A DNA stretch of 63,090 nt, the filler included, from Octopus bimaculoides (taxonomy: Eukaryota), in the NCBI RefSeq assembly GCF_001194135.2. It is 5 parts of 5 records of this genome, joined end to end, with 100 filler letters (N's around TTAATTAATTAA, not from the genome) between each part and the next. Parts side by side here need not be neighbours in the genome. Positions count along the whole stretch, not along the records: positions 37,433 to 55,424 come from NC_068990.1; 4 more parts are not named here. The stretch is one strand, 5' to 3'. The notes beneath the pieces were generated by a model. That model saw only the letters and a program-made list of their open reading frames with translations. It searched no databases and was not told the DNA's origin. Position numbers and translations under genes: made by a program. The first letter of the stretch is position 1. The number at the start of each line of letters is the position of its first letter. Shown here piece by piece: positions 39,184 to 51,709 of this stretch.

Positions 39184-39585
39184 GTAAACTTTTTGTTACT
39201 ATTTTTCTGCTGAAATCGACTGCTTTTGTTTCAATTAATTTTTTAAAATAATGGAGAATTTATTAAAACACCTCTGTCATTTTTAAGCTGGGGTTTGGAA
39301 CATGAATTAACATGAAATTTTGATGGAAGTTTTTAAATTACATCACTTTAAAACAGGGAATTTGTATAATAGAACTAATGCTGGTCTCAGATGGGTTTGA
39401 TATCGGAATGATTAAAATACTCTTGATTAAAAATTTCCACTGAAATTTCATCTTAATTTATGTTCCAAACATCATTTTAATAATGACAAAGTAATTTTAC
39501 TAACTTCTTCATTATTTTCAAAAAAAAGAGTAATTGAAGCAATGGCAATGTATTTCAGTAGAAATGTGGTGACAAAAGAGTTAAT
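39184..39585. mobile_element. Palindromic MITE (TTAA-bounded on the right, piggyBac-like ends) downstream of the PRCC stop; a further partial arm runs 39585-40195, interrupted by a SINE
   Basis: 39185-39345 aligns to the reverse complement of 39425-39585 at roughly three-quarters identity by eye. The right end is ...caaaagagTTAA. Confidence 0.7.
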
Positions 39586-39731
39586 GCCTTTCATATCAAT
39601 CTGACTGAAAACACCCCTGCTTGTATGATACAAACTTCTTGTTTTACAGTGGTCTAAAACTTTCCATCAAAATTCCATATTTATCTTATATGCCAAACAC
39701 CATCTTAATAATGATAAAATTATTTTACAAA

Positions 39732-40107
39732 GTGGAGGCGCAATGGCCCAGTGGTTAGGGCAGTGGACTCGTGGTCATAGGATTGCGGTTTCGATTCCCA
39801 GACCGGGCGTTGTGAGTGTTTATTGAGTGAAAACACCTAAAAGCTCCATGAGGCTCCGGCAGGGGATGGTGGCAAACCCTGCTGTACTCTTTCTCTCACT
39901 CTTACTTCCTGTTTCTGTTGTGCCTGTAATTCAAAGGGTCAGCCTTGTCACACTGTGTCACGCTGAATATCCCCGAGAACTACGTTAAGGGTACACGTGT
40001 CTGTGGAATGCTCAGCCACTTGCACGTTAATTTCACGAGCAGGCTGTTCTGTTGATCGGATCAACTGGAACCCTCGACGTCGTAAGCGACGGAGTGCCAA
40101 CAACAAC
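39732..40107 (+). mobile_element. SINE family A downstream of the PRCC stop (sense), 10-bp TSD ATTTTACAAA
   Basis: Exact TSD at 39722-39731 and 40108-40117. About 19 differences from the 38101 copy by hand count. Confidence 0.95.
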
Positions 40108-40145
40108 ATTTTACAAAATTCTGCATTATTTCCAAAATTAATTAG

Positions 40146-40151
40146 AATAAA
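40146..40151 (+). promoter_or_regulatory. Candidate PRCC polyadenylation signal (first AATAAA after the stop; a second is at 40395-40400)
   Basis: I found no AATAAA between 38945 and 40145, only ATTAAA variants. Use of this site is inferred. Confidence 0.35.
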
Positions 40152-40758
40152 AGGCAGTGTATTTTAGCTGAAATATGGTAGGAAAAGGTTTAAGAAACAG
40201 GTAACGTGGATATTCAACAAGAGAAGTTGTTTGACTCTTTTACTTGCATTCAACATATTGGCATATGTTGGATATTGGAATATTCATGGTTGATGTGTTC
40301 ACTAGTGGAGGCTTGACTATTTACTACCAGTATTACAGTGTTCACTAATGGGTATTGTAAATGTTCATTAAATGTTCATCTGTCCTCATATTTCAATAAA
40401 CATCTAGCAGATGAACTGTAAATATTTAACAACAGACTGCTGTAAAACCTCCTTATTGGACCTGTGAACGTTGATATTGGTATTGTGAAAGTTTCTTAGA
40501 AGAAGCATTATGGATGAAGTATCAATACATCTGCATGTGTACATGTATCAGAATTGGACATGAAAAAAAGAAGAAAAAGAAAGGGATTCAAAAAACAAAA
40601 AAAAACAACTGAAACAAAACATGAAAACAGTTTTGATATCAAACAAAATATAAACCTCACTTTTCAAAATCTGGTGTTTTCTTTATGTTTATTGTGTTGA
40701 GAGATTTGTATGATGTTTAATTGTCTCTAGATTCAAATGCTGCTGCTACTACTACTAG

Positions 40759-40808
<50 letters not shown>

Positions 40809-41179
40809 TGTACTGCTGTTNNNNNNNNNNCTACTACTACTACTACTATGTACTGCTGTTGTCATTGTCATTATTATCATTGACATCATCGTTGTCGTCA
40901 TCAGTGTCATCACTGTCGTCATATCTTTAATCATCATAATCCTTTTCTTCTACCTCTTCCTCATCATCATTGTTTTTACATCTCTATGTTTTTCTCTGTT
41001 GGCGTGGTTTCATTGAGATTTGTGAGACATTGTTTCATGGTTGGACACTATACCCAGAGCCAACCCTTTAAGTTGCTTCCAACAACATGCAATGCTTTGG
41101 TGTTTTCTCTCTCTCTCTCTCTCTCCCTCTCTTTCTCTCCCCCTCTCTCTCTCATACACTCACACACACATACTCACAT

Positions 41180-41325
41180 GCACAAGTTTCAGTAGAGATT
41201 CCATCTACCAAATTTCATTCACAAGCCATTGGTTGTAAGAGAAGACACCAGCCAACAGTATCCATGCAGAGGGACTGAACCTCTAACTATATGGTACCTA
41301 AACAAACTTCTTAACCATGCAGCCA
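41180..41325 (-). mobile_element. SINE family C 5' module, CpG-decayed
   Basis: ttccatctaccaaatttcattcacaag...ccatgcagagggactgaacctctaactatatggt...cttcttaaccatgcagcc matches the family C head. Confidence 0.6.
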
Positions 41326-43055
41326 GTGTGTGTGTGTGTGTTGGATGGCCATTGATGACTGTATTGAGTTCATCTACTCTTTGACAGGTTTTGTTTTTCA
41401 GGTTGCTGGGTGTCCAATGAAAACCACCATCCTTACCAAGCAAGCTCAATAGAGTTGCTGGTTTAGTCATCAGCAGCTTAACAGTTCAAAATGTTGGACT
41501 GGGTTACATGTTAGCTATAGCATCAAAAGTATGATAACCCTAGTTTTTGTTGAGACATTTCCCTAAGAGAAATGTTTGGACTTTTCTCCAAGAGAAATGG
41601 AAAGTGCTGGTGTAACACCTGTGACTTCAGTTGCATTGAATGATGTAGACTAATTCTTCATTTTGGGCAAATGTGTAGATTGATCAGATGTTGGAATTAG
41701 CCCTTTGCAAGACCTTTCTTCACTTTAAAAAAAAAAGCTTCAGACACAGGCATCATGTGTTTTATCATATCTCTATGATATGATGCACACTGTGCAAACA
41801 TTCAATGAAAAATTCTATGCCGGAATGAAGGTATGTGTCAGCATGAGTAATAAGCTCTCTGAACACCTGCTGTAAGAGGTGCCCGTCATTACCACATCTG
41901 TGTAAAAGAATATTACTCTCTAAAAAACATTTGAAAAGCCACATCCATGCTGCTCATGTTTAACAGAACAATCAGGCATTGATATTACTTGAAATCAAGT
42001 TGTGGCCATCTTGTATACATGTGTACATGCTTGTACACATGTATGCACAAACACAGTTTAAAGAAGATTTGTGCTTTTAGTCCTGACACTGACAACCTCA
42101 TTAAGGCTAGTAGCATGATTAAATTGCTCTTAGTTTTAAACTGATTGATTACAAGGAAGGCAGCCATCCATAAAATAAATAGAGAACATGAGATAAACAA
42201 CAACTGTGAAGATTGGTGGCCCTTCTCTGTTGCTGTGTGTTGGCAGGTAACAAAGAACTTCAACAAGTGGTGAGATACTCTGAAACCTATTTAACCCATG
42301 TGAGTATGAAAATATGAGCATAGAATAGAGTATATATAAGTGTGTTATATGCAGTTACACATGGAAGAGATATATTAACTATTTGAACACACGCTAAAGC
42401 TATTAACTTCTCTTAATCATTTCGTTATACTTTTTTATACTCTTTTAATCATTTCACTTCGAGAGTTGCGGCTATGCTGGAGCACTGCCACTTTCTTTGC
42501 TTTAATCTTCTCTGATATCTACATTTAGTGATTGAGGGAGTTTGATGTTATTGCCCTCATTAACATATTCTGACACTTGGTAGGAAATCCAGTTTTGTTT
42601 TGAAGAACTCCCATGAAAAGTAAAAAAAAGACAAGTAAAAACATGCACTAGGTATAGAGATAGATTGAAAGAGACAGAATCCAAGACAGTGAGAGAAAGA
42701 GAAAAAAGAACCAAAAATGCGTTTTTGAGGGTCAATAAATACTTTTCTATATAAGGATCTTAGCCAGATTAAGATTCTTATGTGGAAAAGTAATTATTGA
42801 TTCTCATAAAAGCTTTTCAGATCTATTTCTCTTTTTTCTATTTTTACTCTCCTTTTCTTTTTCTCTTAATTTCTTGGATTCTGTCTCTTTCAATCTATCA
42901 CTATTCATAGAGCTTATTTTAACTTGTCCTTTTTACATCTTTTTTTTTACTTCTTTTCATAGATTTTCAAAATAAAACTGGATCTCCTACCACGTGGCAG
43001 GAAATGCGAATAAGGGCAGCAATATCAAGATCCCTAATTCACTAAATGTTACATA

Positions 43056-43354
43056 TTACTCTTTTACTCTTTTACTTGTTTCAGTCATTTGACTGTGGCC
43101 ATGCTGGAGCACCACCTTTAGTCGAGCAATTCGACCCCAGGACTTATTCTTTGGATGCCTAGTACTTATTCTATCGGTCTCTTTTGCCGAACCACTAAGT
43201 TACGGTGACCTAAACACACCACCATCGGTTGTCAAGCGATGTTGGGGGGACACAGACACACAAACATATACACACATACATACATATATATATTTATTTA
43301 TTTATTTATTTATTTATGTGTTTCAGCCAAGTGGCTGCGGTCATGCTGGTGCAC

Positions 43355-43389
<35 letters not shown>

Positions 43390-43617
43390 CGGGCTTCTTT
43401 CAGTTTTCCGTCTACCAAATCCACTCACAAGGCTTTGGTCGGCNNNNNNNNNNTATGACGGGCTTCTTTCAGTTTTCCGTCTACCAAATCCACTCACAAG
43501 GCTTTGGTCGGCCTGAGGCTATAGTACAAGACACTTGCCCAAGATGCCATGCAGTGGGACTGAACCTGGAACCATGTGGCTGGTAAGCAAGCTACTTACC
43601 ACACAGCCACTCCTGCG
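43056..43617 (-). mobile_element. SINE family C, full length (tRNA-like head, microsatellite spacer, tail)
   Basis: Minus strand: gcaggagtggctgtgtggtaagtagcttgcttacc..ccacatggttccaggttcagtcccactgc...cttgggcaagtgtctt...(spacer)...acaaccgatggtggtgtgttt...ggggtcgaattgctcgactaaagg..gtgctccagcatggcc..agtcaaatgactgaaacaagtaaaagagtaaaagag. Confidence 0.9.
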
Positions 43618-44598
43618 GGATTCATATACCTATCCTCATACATACATATATTGATAAAATTATCTTATTCTACTTAAGGGAGGAGCTTCTCCCTCTCAAA
43701 CTCCCGAATTCATTTCCTACATACGTTTATGCCTTTTTGGTTGATAGTGCTCTTCTGTGTACAAATATAAATGTACTTTATATAAGTATGAATACATATG
43801 AGGATATATGTGTGTATATATGTATATATATATCTGCATATGTATGAATATGTATACATACAAATATATGTGCATACCTGTATGTGTGCGTATGTGTGTG
43901 TATGTGTGTGTGAATTTATTAAAGAAAAAATATCACAATTTACAGGTTTACAAATCTGTTCTGATCATTTTGATCTCCAAAGTTGTGTTTGAAAAATATG
44001 TTTGCAATTTGAAAAAAAATGTTGAGAATACCATTAAAAAAACGGAAGGAAAAATCGAAGAATGAAGAAAAAAAGAAAGCATGTCAATGAAGATATGAAA
44101 GTGGAGGTTAAAAAGGGTGGTTATATGTATGTTGGGTGGTGGTGAGTTGCCCCTGAGTGAAAAAGTATGACTATTTAACTGTATATTTTGAGAGGAAAAA
44201 AAAACGACTACAACCATTTACTGTATATATAAAAATGAAGGGATGAGCTAGAATGGATGTAAACTATAGAAATATGTAGTAAAGAGCTATATAAGGAAAA
44301 AAAAAAAAATATGGTAAAACATTGTTGAAAAGCTGATAGTTAAAGTAGAGTTGAAAAATTTTGCTAGCAAAAAAAAAAAATAAAACCCCACTGAGGAAAG
44401 CTTTGAACAATATCGAGAGAGAATATTTTTGAGAAAATATAAAAAACAGAAAGCAGGAACATCTATTTAAAACCTATTAAAAGTTTAAATTTACTATTAG
44501 ACTAGTGAAAAGTTTGTACAATGTCCTACGTTTTGGGGAACAGGTGTTAAGAGCGAAGCAACAAACAAAGTAATTACTTTAAGGGTGTTTTCATAAGG

Positions 44599-44640
<42 letters not shown>

Positions 44641-44929
44641 TACATATGTATGTATGTATATGCATGTATGCATATATATGTATGGATATCCATGTGTGTG
44701 TGTGTGTATATAATATGTAAATATGTGTGTCTGCACACGTACAGGAACAGGTTTGTGTATGTAGCTATGTGTATATGTTAATGTATATTACATAGATGCG
44801 TACATGTAAAATTGTACGTCTATGTGGACTCACACACACGCACACACATATAAGTCTATAGGTATATATTTATGTGTAAATTTATATGTATATGTGCACA
44901 CACACAAATACACATTCATATACATACAT

Positions 44930-44973
<44 letters not shown>

Positions 44974-45054
44974 ATGTGTGTATATATATGTGTGCGTGCG
45001 TGTGTGTGTTTTGCATATCTATATATGCGTCCTCACACATTTACCCCCCCTCTC

Positions 45055-45115
<61 letters not shown>

Positions 45116-45469
45116 CACTATAAGTACATGCTATATGTATACTTCCCTAGATATATCTCTGTGTTTCTATATATGTATGATTGTGCCTGTATATGCCGTT
45201 ACATTCCCATGTACATCTGTTCCTATATGCATACCTCTGTGGGCATGTATCTGTACGCATGTTTCTATGCTTTCCTGGTATTATATTTTCGAATTTCCTT
45301 CCAATGGAGAAAAAGCTGGTTCCTAACCCAGAAGCAAAGTGTTTTCCATTGGAATTTAGACAATATCAGCAAGTTATGTGTGTGTGTGTGTGTGTGCGTA
45401 CGTTTGTATGCGTGTGTATACACACATGTATAGGTACTTACGTACACATACATGCATACCTATCTACTT

Positions 45470-45510
<41 letters not shown>

Positions 45511-45627
45511 TGTATGTACGTATTTATAAATGTAGGCATTTGTGAATGTTAACACATGAGTATATAAACGAAAACGTCATTGCATATATGGACTGTATAT
45601 TTTGAACTATGTATGTGTATATCCCCG

Positions 45628-45719
<92 letters not shown>

Positions 45720-45824
45720 TCACATACACACTCTAAACGTGTGTATATGTACATATATGCTAATATATTGTAGTTTCTTACAACCTTAAACGGTTTGTAG
45801 CCATACATCTCTAATATATGCTAA

Positions 45825-46030
45825 TATGTGGGTGTCTTTGTCGCCCCTCCATCCACCGCCTGACAACCAGTGTTGGTTTGTTTACGTCGACGTAACCGAG
45901 CGGTTCGGCAAAACGACCGATAGAGTAAGTACCAGGCTTAAAAATACAAGTTGTGGGGTCGATTCGTTCGACTAAAACCCTTCAAGGTGGTGTCCCAGCA
46001 TGGTCGCCGTCCAATGACTGATACAAGAAA
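45825..46030 (+). mobile_element. SINE family C 3' module
   Basis: Matches the other family C tails and is preceded by compound microsatellites. Confidence 0.75.
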
Positions 46031-46845
46031 ATGATAATAATATTTTGTTATATTATTCCCTCCACATCACTGTTAATCCTTACATTCGTATTCCCAGGAT
46101 TATCGTTCGTTTGGATTGCCTTGTACAAAGTTTTGGTCACAGCTTTATGTCTCAAGCATACTGACATTTTCGGACATCTGCTTATGGTATGGATGACAGC
46201 TTCTGTAATAATGCTTTAAAATCTGCATTCGTCGAGAGGCAGGTTTACTTGTATTTTTATCCCTTTCAGATATCAGATATTCTGCTGTTTTTCGTGTTCC
46301 AATATGCTAAACGGATATTCTTCTTAGCGGGAGAGAATATCTCGGCAGTTAGATAGAAAAGATAAACTATTCTGAGAAAGGAGAGGAGGAGGAGAAGAAA
46401 AAGAAGATGTAAAACATGGAGAATAAGCAAAAGAAAAGGAAGTAAAAAAAGATAAGGAGAAAAAGAAGAAATAGGAGGAATGTAGAATAAGAGAAGAAAA
46501 AGGAAAAGAAAGAGATGAAGAACAATAATAATAAGAAGAACAAGCCATCCTTGAATAGGTAGAGTTAATTTACGACCAAAAAGGGTTCCAACCCGTAATA
46601 ATCCCATCTTATGTCTTTTAGCTATATCTTATTTTTGTTTTAAACTGCAGGGTGTGATTTACAGTAATTCGAGCGAACGAATTGAGGATTCCTTTTTGAC
46701 TCGTTATTAGAGAAATATTTTCATATTGCTCGTGTTATATGCACGTTTTACGACAATGTCACGTCTCTGAAAAGAAGACTGGTACATAACAGACATATCA
46801 AGATAAACTGATATGGCTCAACTGACGTGTTATAGCGCAGCTTCA

Positions 46846-46889
<44 letters not shown>

Positions 46890-47952
46890 GTGGACAAAAT
46901 TAGAGAACGAAAATAAAAATCAAAGATATTTACATTTCTACTTCATTTTTACGAATGCGATTTTTACTGTATATACTTTAAAGTATGTTCATTATTTGCA
47001 ATAAATTTTGTAGGGAGTAATTAATAACTAAATAATTTATAATAGAGAAAATGTTTATTTGCAAAATACAAGATGGACAGAATTAGGGAACGTATGGCGT
47101 AAAATTTATAAAGTAAAATCTGGCAACACTCCGACTGATGTAAATTAAGTTGACCTGAGAGTGTGAAGATTTACATTGAACAGTAGTCAATTAACAACCA
47201 TAGAAAATCGACGTAAAGTTGAAAGCCTCAGGAAGAGAGAGGTCACACTAAAAAAAGAAGGAATGGCAATTTCTGATATCGCCTGCCGTGCTAACGTCTT
47301 TGCCTGCTCCCCGCCTTCTTACCACACAGCTACACCGGCGGATAAATTTTAATTAGAAAGTCTTATATGGACCCCCTGGGGCCACATGGATCCTCGTTGA
47401 GGACCACTAGTATAGACTTAACCCCTTCTCTTCAAAAGTTTCACAAAATGTATCACGTTGATATCTCTTGAGATTTTGTGTGAAAGGTACGTGTATCTTT
47501 GAAATACTCAACCATTTATATGCTAACTCAATGAATAGGTAGTTGACTTAAAGGAACAACTGAATATTTATCATCGACGAAACCAACGGAGATCCGCTTT
47601 TACTGAGATAATTATTTGAGTCAATGAATTCATGTTCCACCAAGAAACTATAAAATGCTTACATTTTTGGATCGGGCACACTTAGCGTCAGCAATATAAA
47701 ATATTGATTTCGTTTTTACGTAAACAAGATCCAATGTTTTTAATGGAGAATTATAGTGAAGATTGGATAGACTTAAGTAAATTACTTGGATGTATGTGGT
47801 CAGCCCTGGAGGGATAATGGGTCAAATCAATTACAGTGGGATTTGAACTTGGAACCTTGGGAGATAAAATGAAATACAGGTATTGATTAGAGAAAGCCAA
47901 TTTCCATAGGAAGGAATATAAGTTTAGGTAGCGGCACTGATTTCATTATATT

Positions 47953-48690
47953 TAAGGCGGCGAGCTATCAGAATCGTTAGAACGCCGTGAAAGATAATTA
48001 ACAGCATTTCGCCCCTCTTTACGTTCTGAGTTCAATTTCTGCCGTAGTAGACTTTGCCTTTCACACTTTCGGGATCGATAAAATAAGTACCAGTTGAGCA
48101 CTGGGACCGAAATTGCTGGCCTTGTGCCAAAGACGAGATTTGAACACAAATTCCATTCCGATATCCTTACTGAATATCTGTACTGTTGAAATTAGGCTAT
48201 TTATTTCATTCGGTCTTTCCAAAGATCTTTAAATCATCCATATATATAAGATGATTTAATTTTTCTCCACTTTTCAAGGTGTACTCTGATGCAACTTTCC
48301 GTAGTATCTGTGTGATGGCTACCATACAAACCACAACCAGAAATGGTGATAGGCTATCTCCTTGAAATTTTAAGGCGTCAAACTGGCCGGAAAAATACTT
48401 TATGTTCTGAGCTCAAATTTCGGCGAGGCCATTCTTTCGGTGTTGATAAAATAAATTACTAGCCATGTACTGGCGTTGATGACGCCGACTAATCCCCTCC
48501 TATCAAAATTATTGCCTTTGGCACCAAGATTAGGAACCATTACATTGCTGGTGTTTAAGGTGGTGACCTGGTAGAATCGTTAGAGCGTCAGAAAAAAATG
48601 TTTTGCATCATTTGTTCCGGCTCTTAATGTTTTGTGTTTAAATCTCGCCTTGGTCAACTTTAAGTCTCTGGACGGATCATATATTCTTAA
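47953..48690 (+). mobile_element. Three tandem, diverged SINE family B copies (about 47953-48140, 48365-48540, 48555-48690)
   Basis: Each starts ttaaggcg/tgg.gagct..cagaatcgttag or contains tt.tgagttcaa.tt..gcc. Minus-strand fragments also flank the cluster. Confidence 0.65.
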
Positions 48691-49207
48691 GAAACCATTA
48701 TAGTTTTTTGGCATTTGTTTTGATTGGAAAATATAGAATCGATTAAAACCTGGCTGAATACGAACCCAGAAGGCGAAAGAAAGCAGCAAAACACGGCAGG
48801 TATATTAGTTCAACGTTCTAAGTGTTTGGGTCGAAATTTTCTATCTCTACCATCCTTCAATCGTGATATAATAATTATAGGTTCAACCGTTACAAATCAT
48901 TAAAAGACTTGTGTTAGTTGATTTCAAAAGTAATTTTTATAGAATGTTGCGAGCCTCGAAACTAGTTTATGGTTTCTGTATTAATAAACCAGTGAGATAG
49001 GTAATGCAACACGAAAAGATTCATTCAGGCAGATATTTTCCTGTTCAATCGATTATTAACAGGTAAAAATGAAATATTAGGATTCTGAAACGTGGAAGAC
49101 CAGCAGCGAATACTGCTGTTTCCATGAATGTACAGACACATCTATGCCTACATTTTCGTATATATATGGATAAATATATTTATCTATCAAACTAACTCCT
49201 TCTCTCT

Positions 49208-49259
<52 letters not shown>

Positions 49260-50097
49260 NNNNNNNNNNACACACACACACATATATATATATATATACA
49301 TACACGGTAAATGGAAATCGTATAGCAAGATAGTTAAACTGAAGCCGGCCTATGTTAACGTCGAATACTGTTTTTCCAAAGTCCTGAAGAAATACTCTTA
49401 GCGTTAAAGCAATGGTGAGCGCATTGCGTTAAATATCTAGAAATCACGTTATTATTTTATATTTCATACAAGAAAGAAAAACATTATTCTATTTTGTTTT
49501 CTCGTTGTCATTATTATTAGATAACCTATTTCGTTCATTGATATATTATTAACTACAATTGTTTGACTATTCTGTAAAGGCTTTCGTTCTATACAATGCA
49601 GCATTTTTATCATCTTCACTAACTCTAAAATGAATCGTTGGGGGGAAGAGAGGAGGGAAACGGTCAGATTGCATGTATGAAGATAAAGAACGGTAACCTA
49701 CCGACTTTTTCTCTCGCTCGACATACGTTGGGAAATATTGGATTCTGTACATCAATCCTATTGTGTAAGTAAACCTTATTCTAGATATCTCTACTCATCT
49801 ATGGTGGCTATTGTTCGTGCAAAACTACATTTTCTATTCTTAAACTTGCTGAAGATTAATTTTAGTTGGTTCAAATCCTCCATTTATCAGATATTTATTC
49901 TCAAATCAGAATATTTGGTCAGTAAAAGAAATGAGAGAAAAATAGAAATAAAATGCATCATTCCACGCTAAGTTCAGAATAATGTCGATCTAAAGAGAAC
50001 TGAATAAACCGCTAGTTCCGTTAACGAGAAATGGTGGTGGGGAACTTACTGGAGTTCACGATATGCGCGTTTGCGTGATAGTATACACGCACGCACG

Positions 50098-50138
<41 letters not shown>

Positions 50139-50679
50139 ACCGTGAAGTATCAAAACTCATAGGCACTTCCATTACAAAAATGATACCCACACAAACCAAC
50201 GAAGGAGACTTTACACTCAGTATAAACAACAGCTGAATCTTCCTCAGAAAAATACATTAAGCTATGTAGTTTTAAGTACCGTCTTAGATGGTACTTATGA
50301 CTGTATTAAGACTACACTTAGGACCACATTGCGACGATACTCTTCATATCATCAACCCTAAAGCATCATCATAGCTTAATTCTCTTAAGACAGTATCGCC
50401 ACAGCTTAGACCATTTGAGTGAAAAAGACTACATTAAGCCTAACCTGTGACGATGCTGTCTTCTTCTCAGGAAAGAATGCGTATCATTAAGTTATAGGTC
50501 TGTTCCGTTAACCATAAAAACACTGCTATCAAATTAAGCAATTATTCTGAACAAAAAACAAAACAAAAAAAAAAATGAAAAACTTCCATAACAAATCTTT
50601 TACAAACCTCACATTATACCTCCATGGAATTCACACTACACTTCTTCAATGCTATTACATACTTCCATGAAAAAGTAAT

Positions 50680-50820
50680 ACATTTCCAGAGGAAGAGCAC
50701 CACATTTCCAGAGGAAGAGCACCACATTTCCATAAAAACGACAATACACTTTCATTAAAACAATACACTTCCGTAAAAAGAATACTACACTTCCATAAAG
50801 AGGAGCTCTACAAACCACCG
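50680..50820. repeat. Degenerate ~22-bp minisatellite (acatttccagaggaagagcacc x2 exact, then diverged units)
   Basis: Direct inspection of the sequence. Confidence 0.7.
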
Positions 50821-51428
50821 AACGCCATCCGTCACCGAACCCAACTCGTCGACCGCAACTCTACTACACCATAACCAACCACTCTCCAACTAATTCTCTT
50901 TAATCCTCACCTTCCATTTTGCTACCTGGTCTCTCCAACATGCCATTATGGCGGTCGATTTTATTTTCATTTTGATGCTCGATTGTGTGCGATTCATGCG
51001 TTTCCCATTTTCAACCAATGAGAGTCAAGTGTATACGTAATAATTTTAGAAAATTCCCTTACCAGCTGTTTTATAAGGAACCCAATTTGGCGTGATATTT
51101 CGGAGACTTTCATTTACCTCACCGCAGTCACGCCAGCTCTGTTCTCAAGCTATTCCCCTTTATAAATATATACCTTCACAGTTATAAACCAGAAATGATG
51201 ACAGAATCATCCATTTTTGCAGCAATGTGTAGACCAGTTTAACCATTAAGATTTCAACTCCAGTAAATCTGATGTTCCTGTAGCGTGATGCTGTCTGTTT
51301 TTCATGAAGCTTTGTACAATAGTAATAATAAATATGTATATAAACTGCCACCATATTTTGTTGTAACTGCTTTTGGCACCCTAACCTAGTCACCATTTCC
51401 AGTTTCAATGAATCCCCAATACTACATT

Positions 51429-51709
51429 TTAGATTTGTTAATAACCCAAGTCACCGTTTTATCAGACGTTCCATCACCTCAAGCCATATACAATCTGAAA
51501 CGTTCGTCTGCTCCCTCTCTCGCTAAAACATCTATCGTTCTACTTTTATGACTTCATAACTTTGCATATTAGATTTGACAATAACCTAAGTTCCCTTTTT
51601 TTATCAGACGTTCCATCACCCCTTGCCATAGGCAATCTGGACTCATCGTCTGCTCCTTATCTCGCTATAACATCTGTCTTTATACTTTTATAACTTCACA
51701 ACTTCGCAT
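51429..51709. repeat. ~140-bp tandem duplication (two diverged units)
   Basis: Both units start ttagatttg..aataacc.aagt and share ttatcagacgttccatcacc...caatctg...cgtctgctcc...ctcgcta.aacatct...acttc.caactt.gcata. Confidence 0.85.

Noticed and set aside
39732-39810. tRNA-like sequences (also at 32400-32475, 38405-38481 and 43540-43617)
   Set aside because: They are SINE heads, continuous with SINE bodies, tails and TSDs, and I could not fold a complete cloverleaf with an acceptor stem.
43384-43513. Exact ~60-bp direct repeat either side of a 10-N gap
   Set aside because: Most likely an unmerged contig overlap, as at 40780-40860, rather than a true duplication.
46031-46400. Possible further PLE/LINE relics (also at 27600-27860, 41380-41760 and 44000-44480)
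   Set aside because: Translations give only vague resemblance with no diagnostic motif I can support without a profile search.
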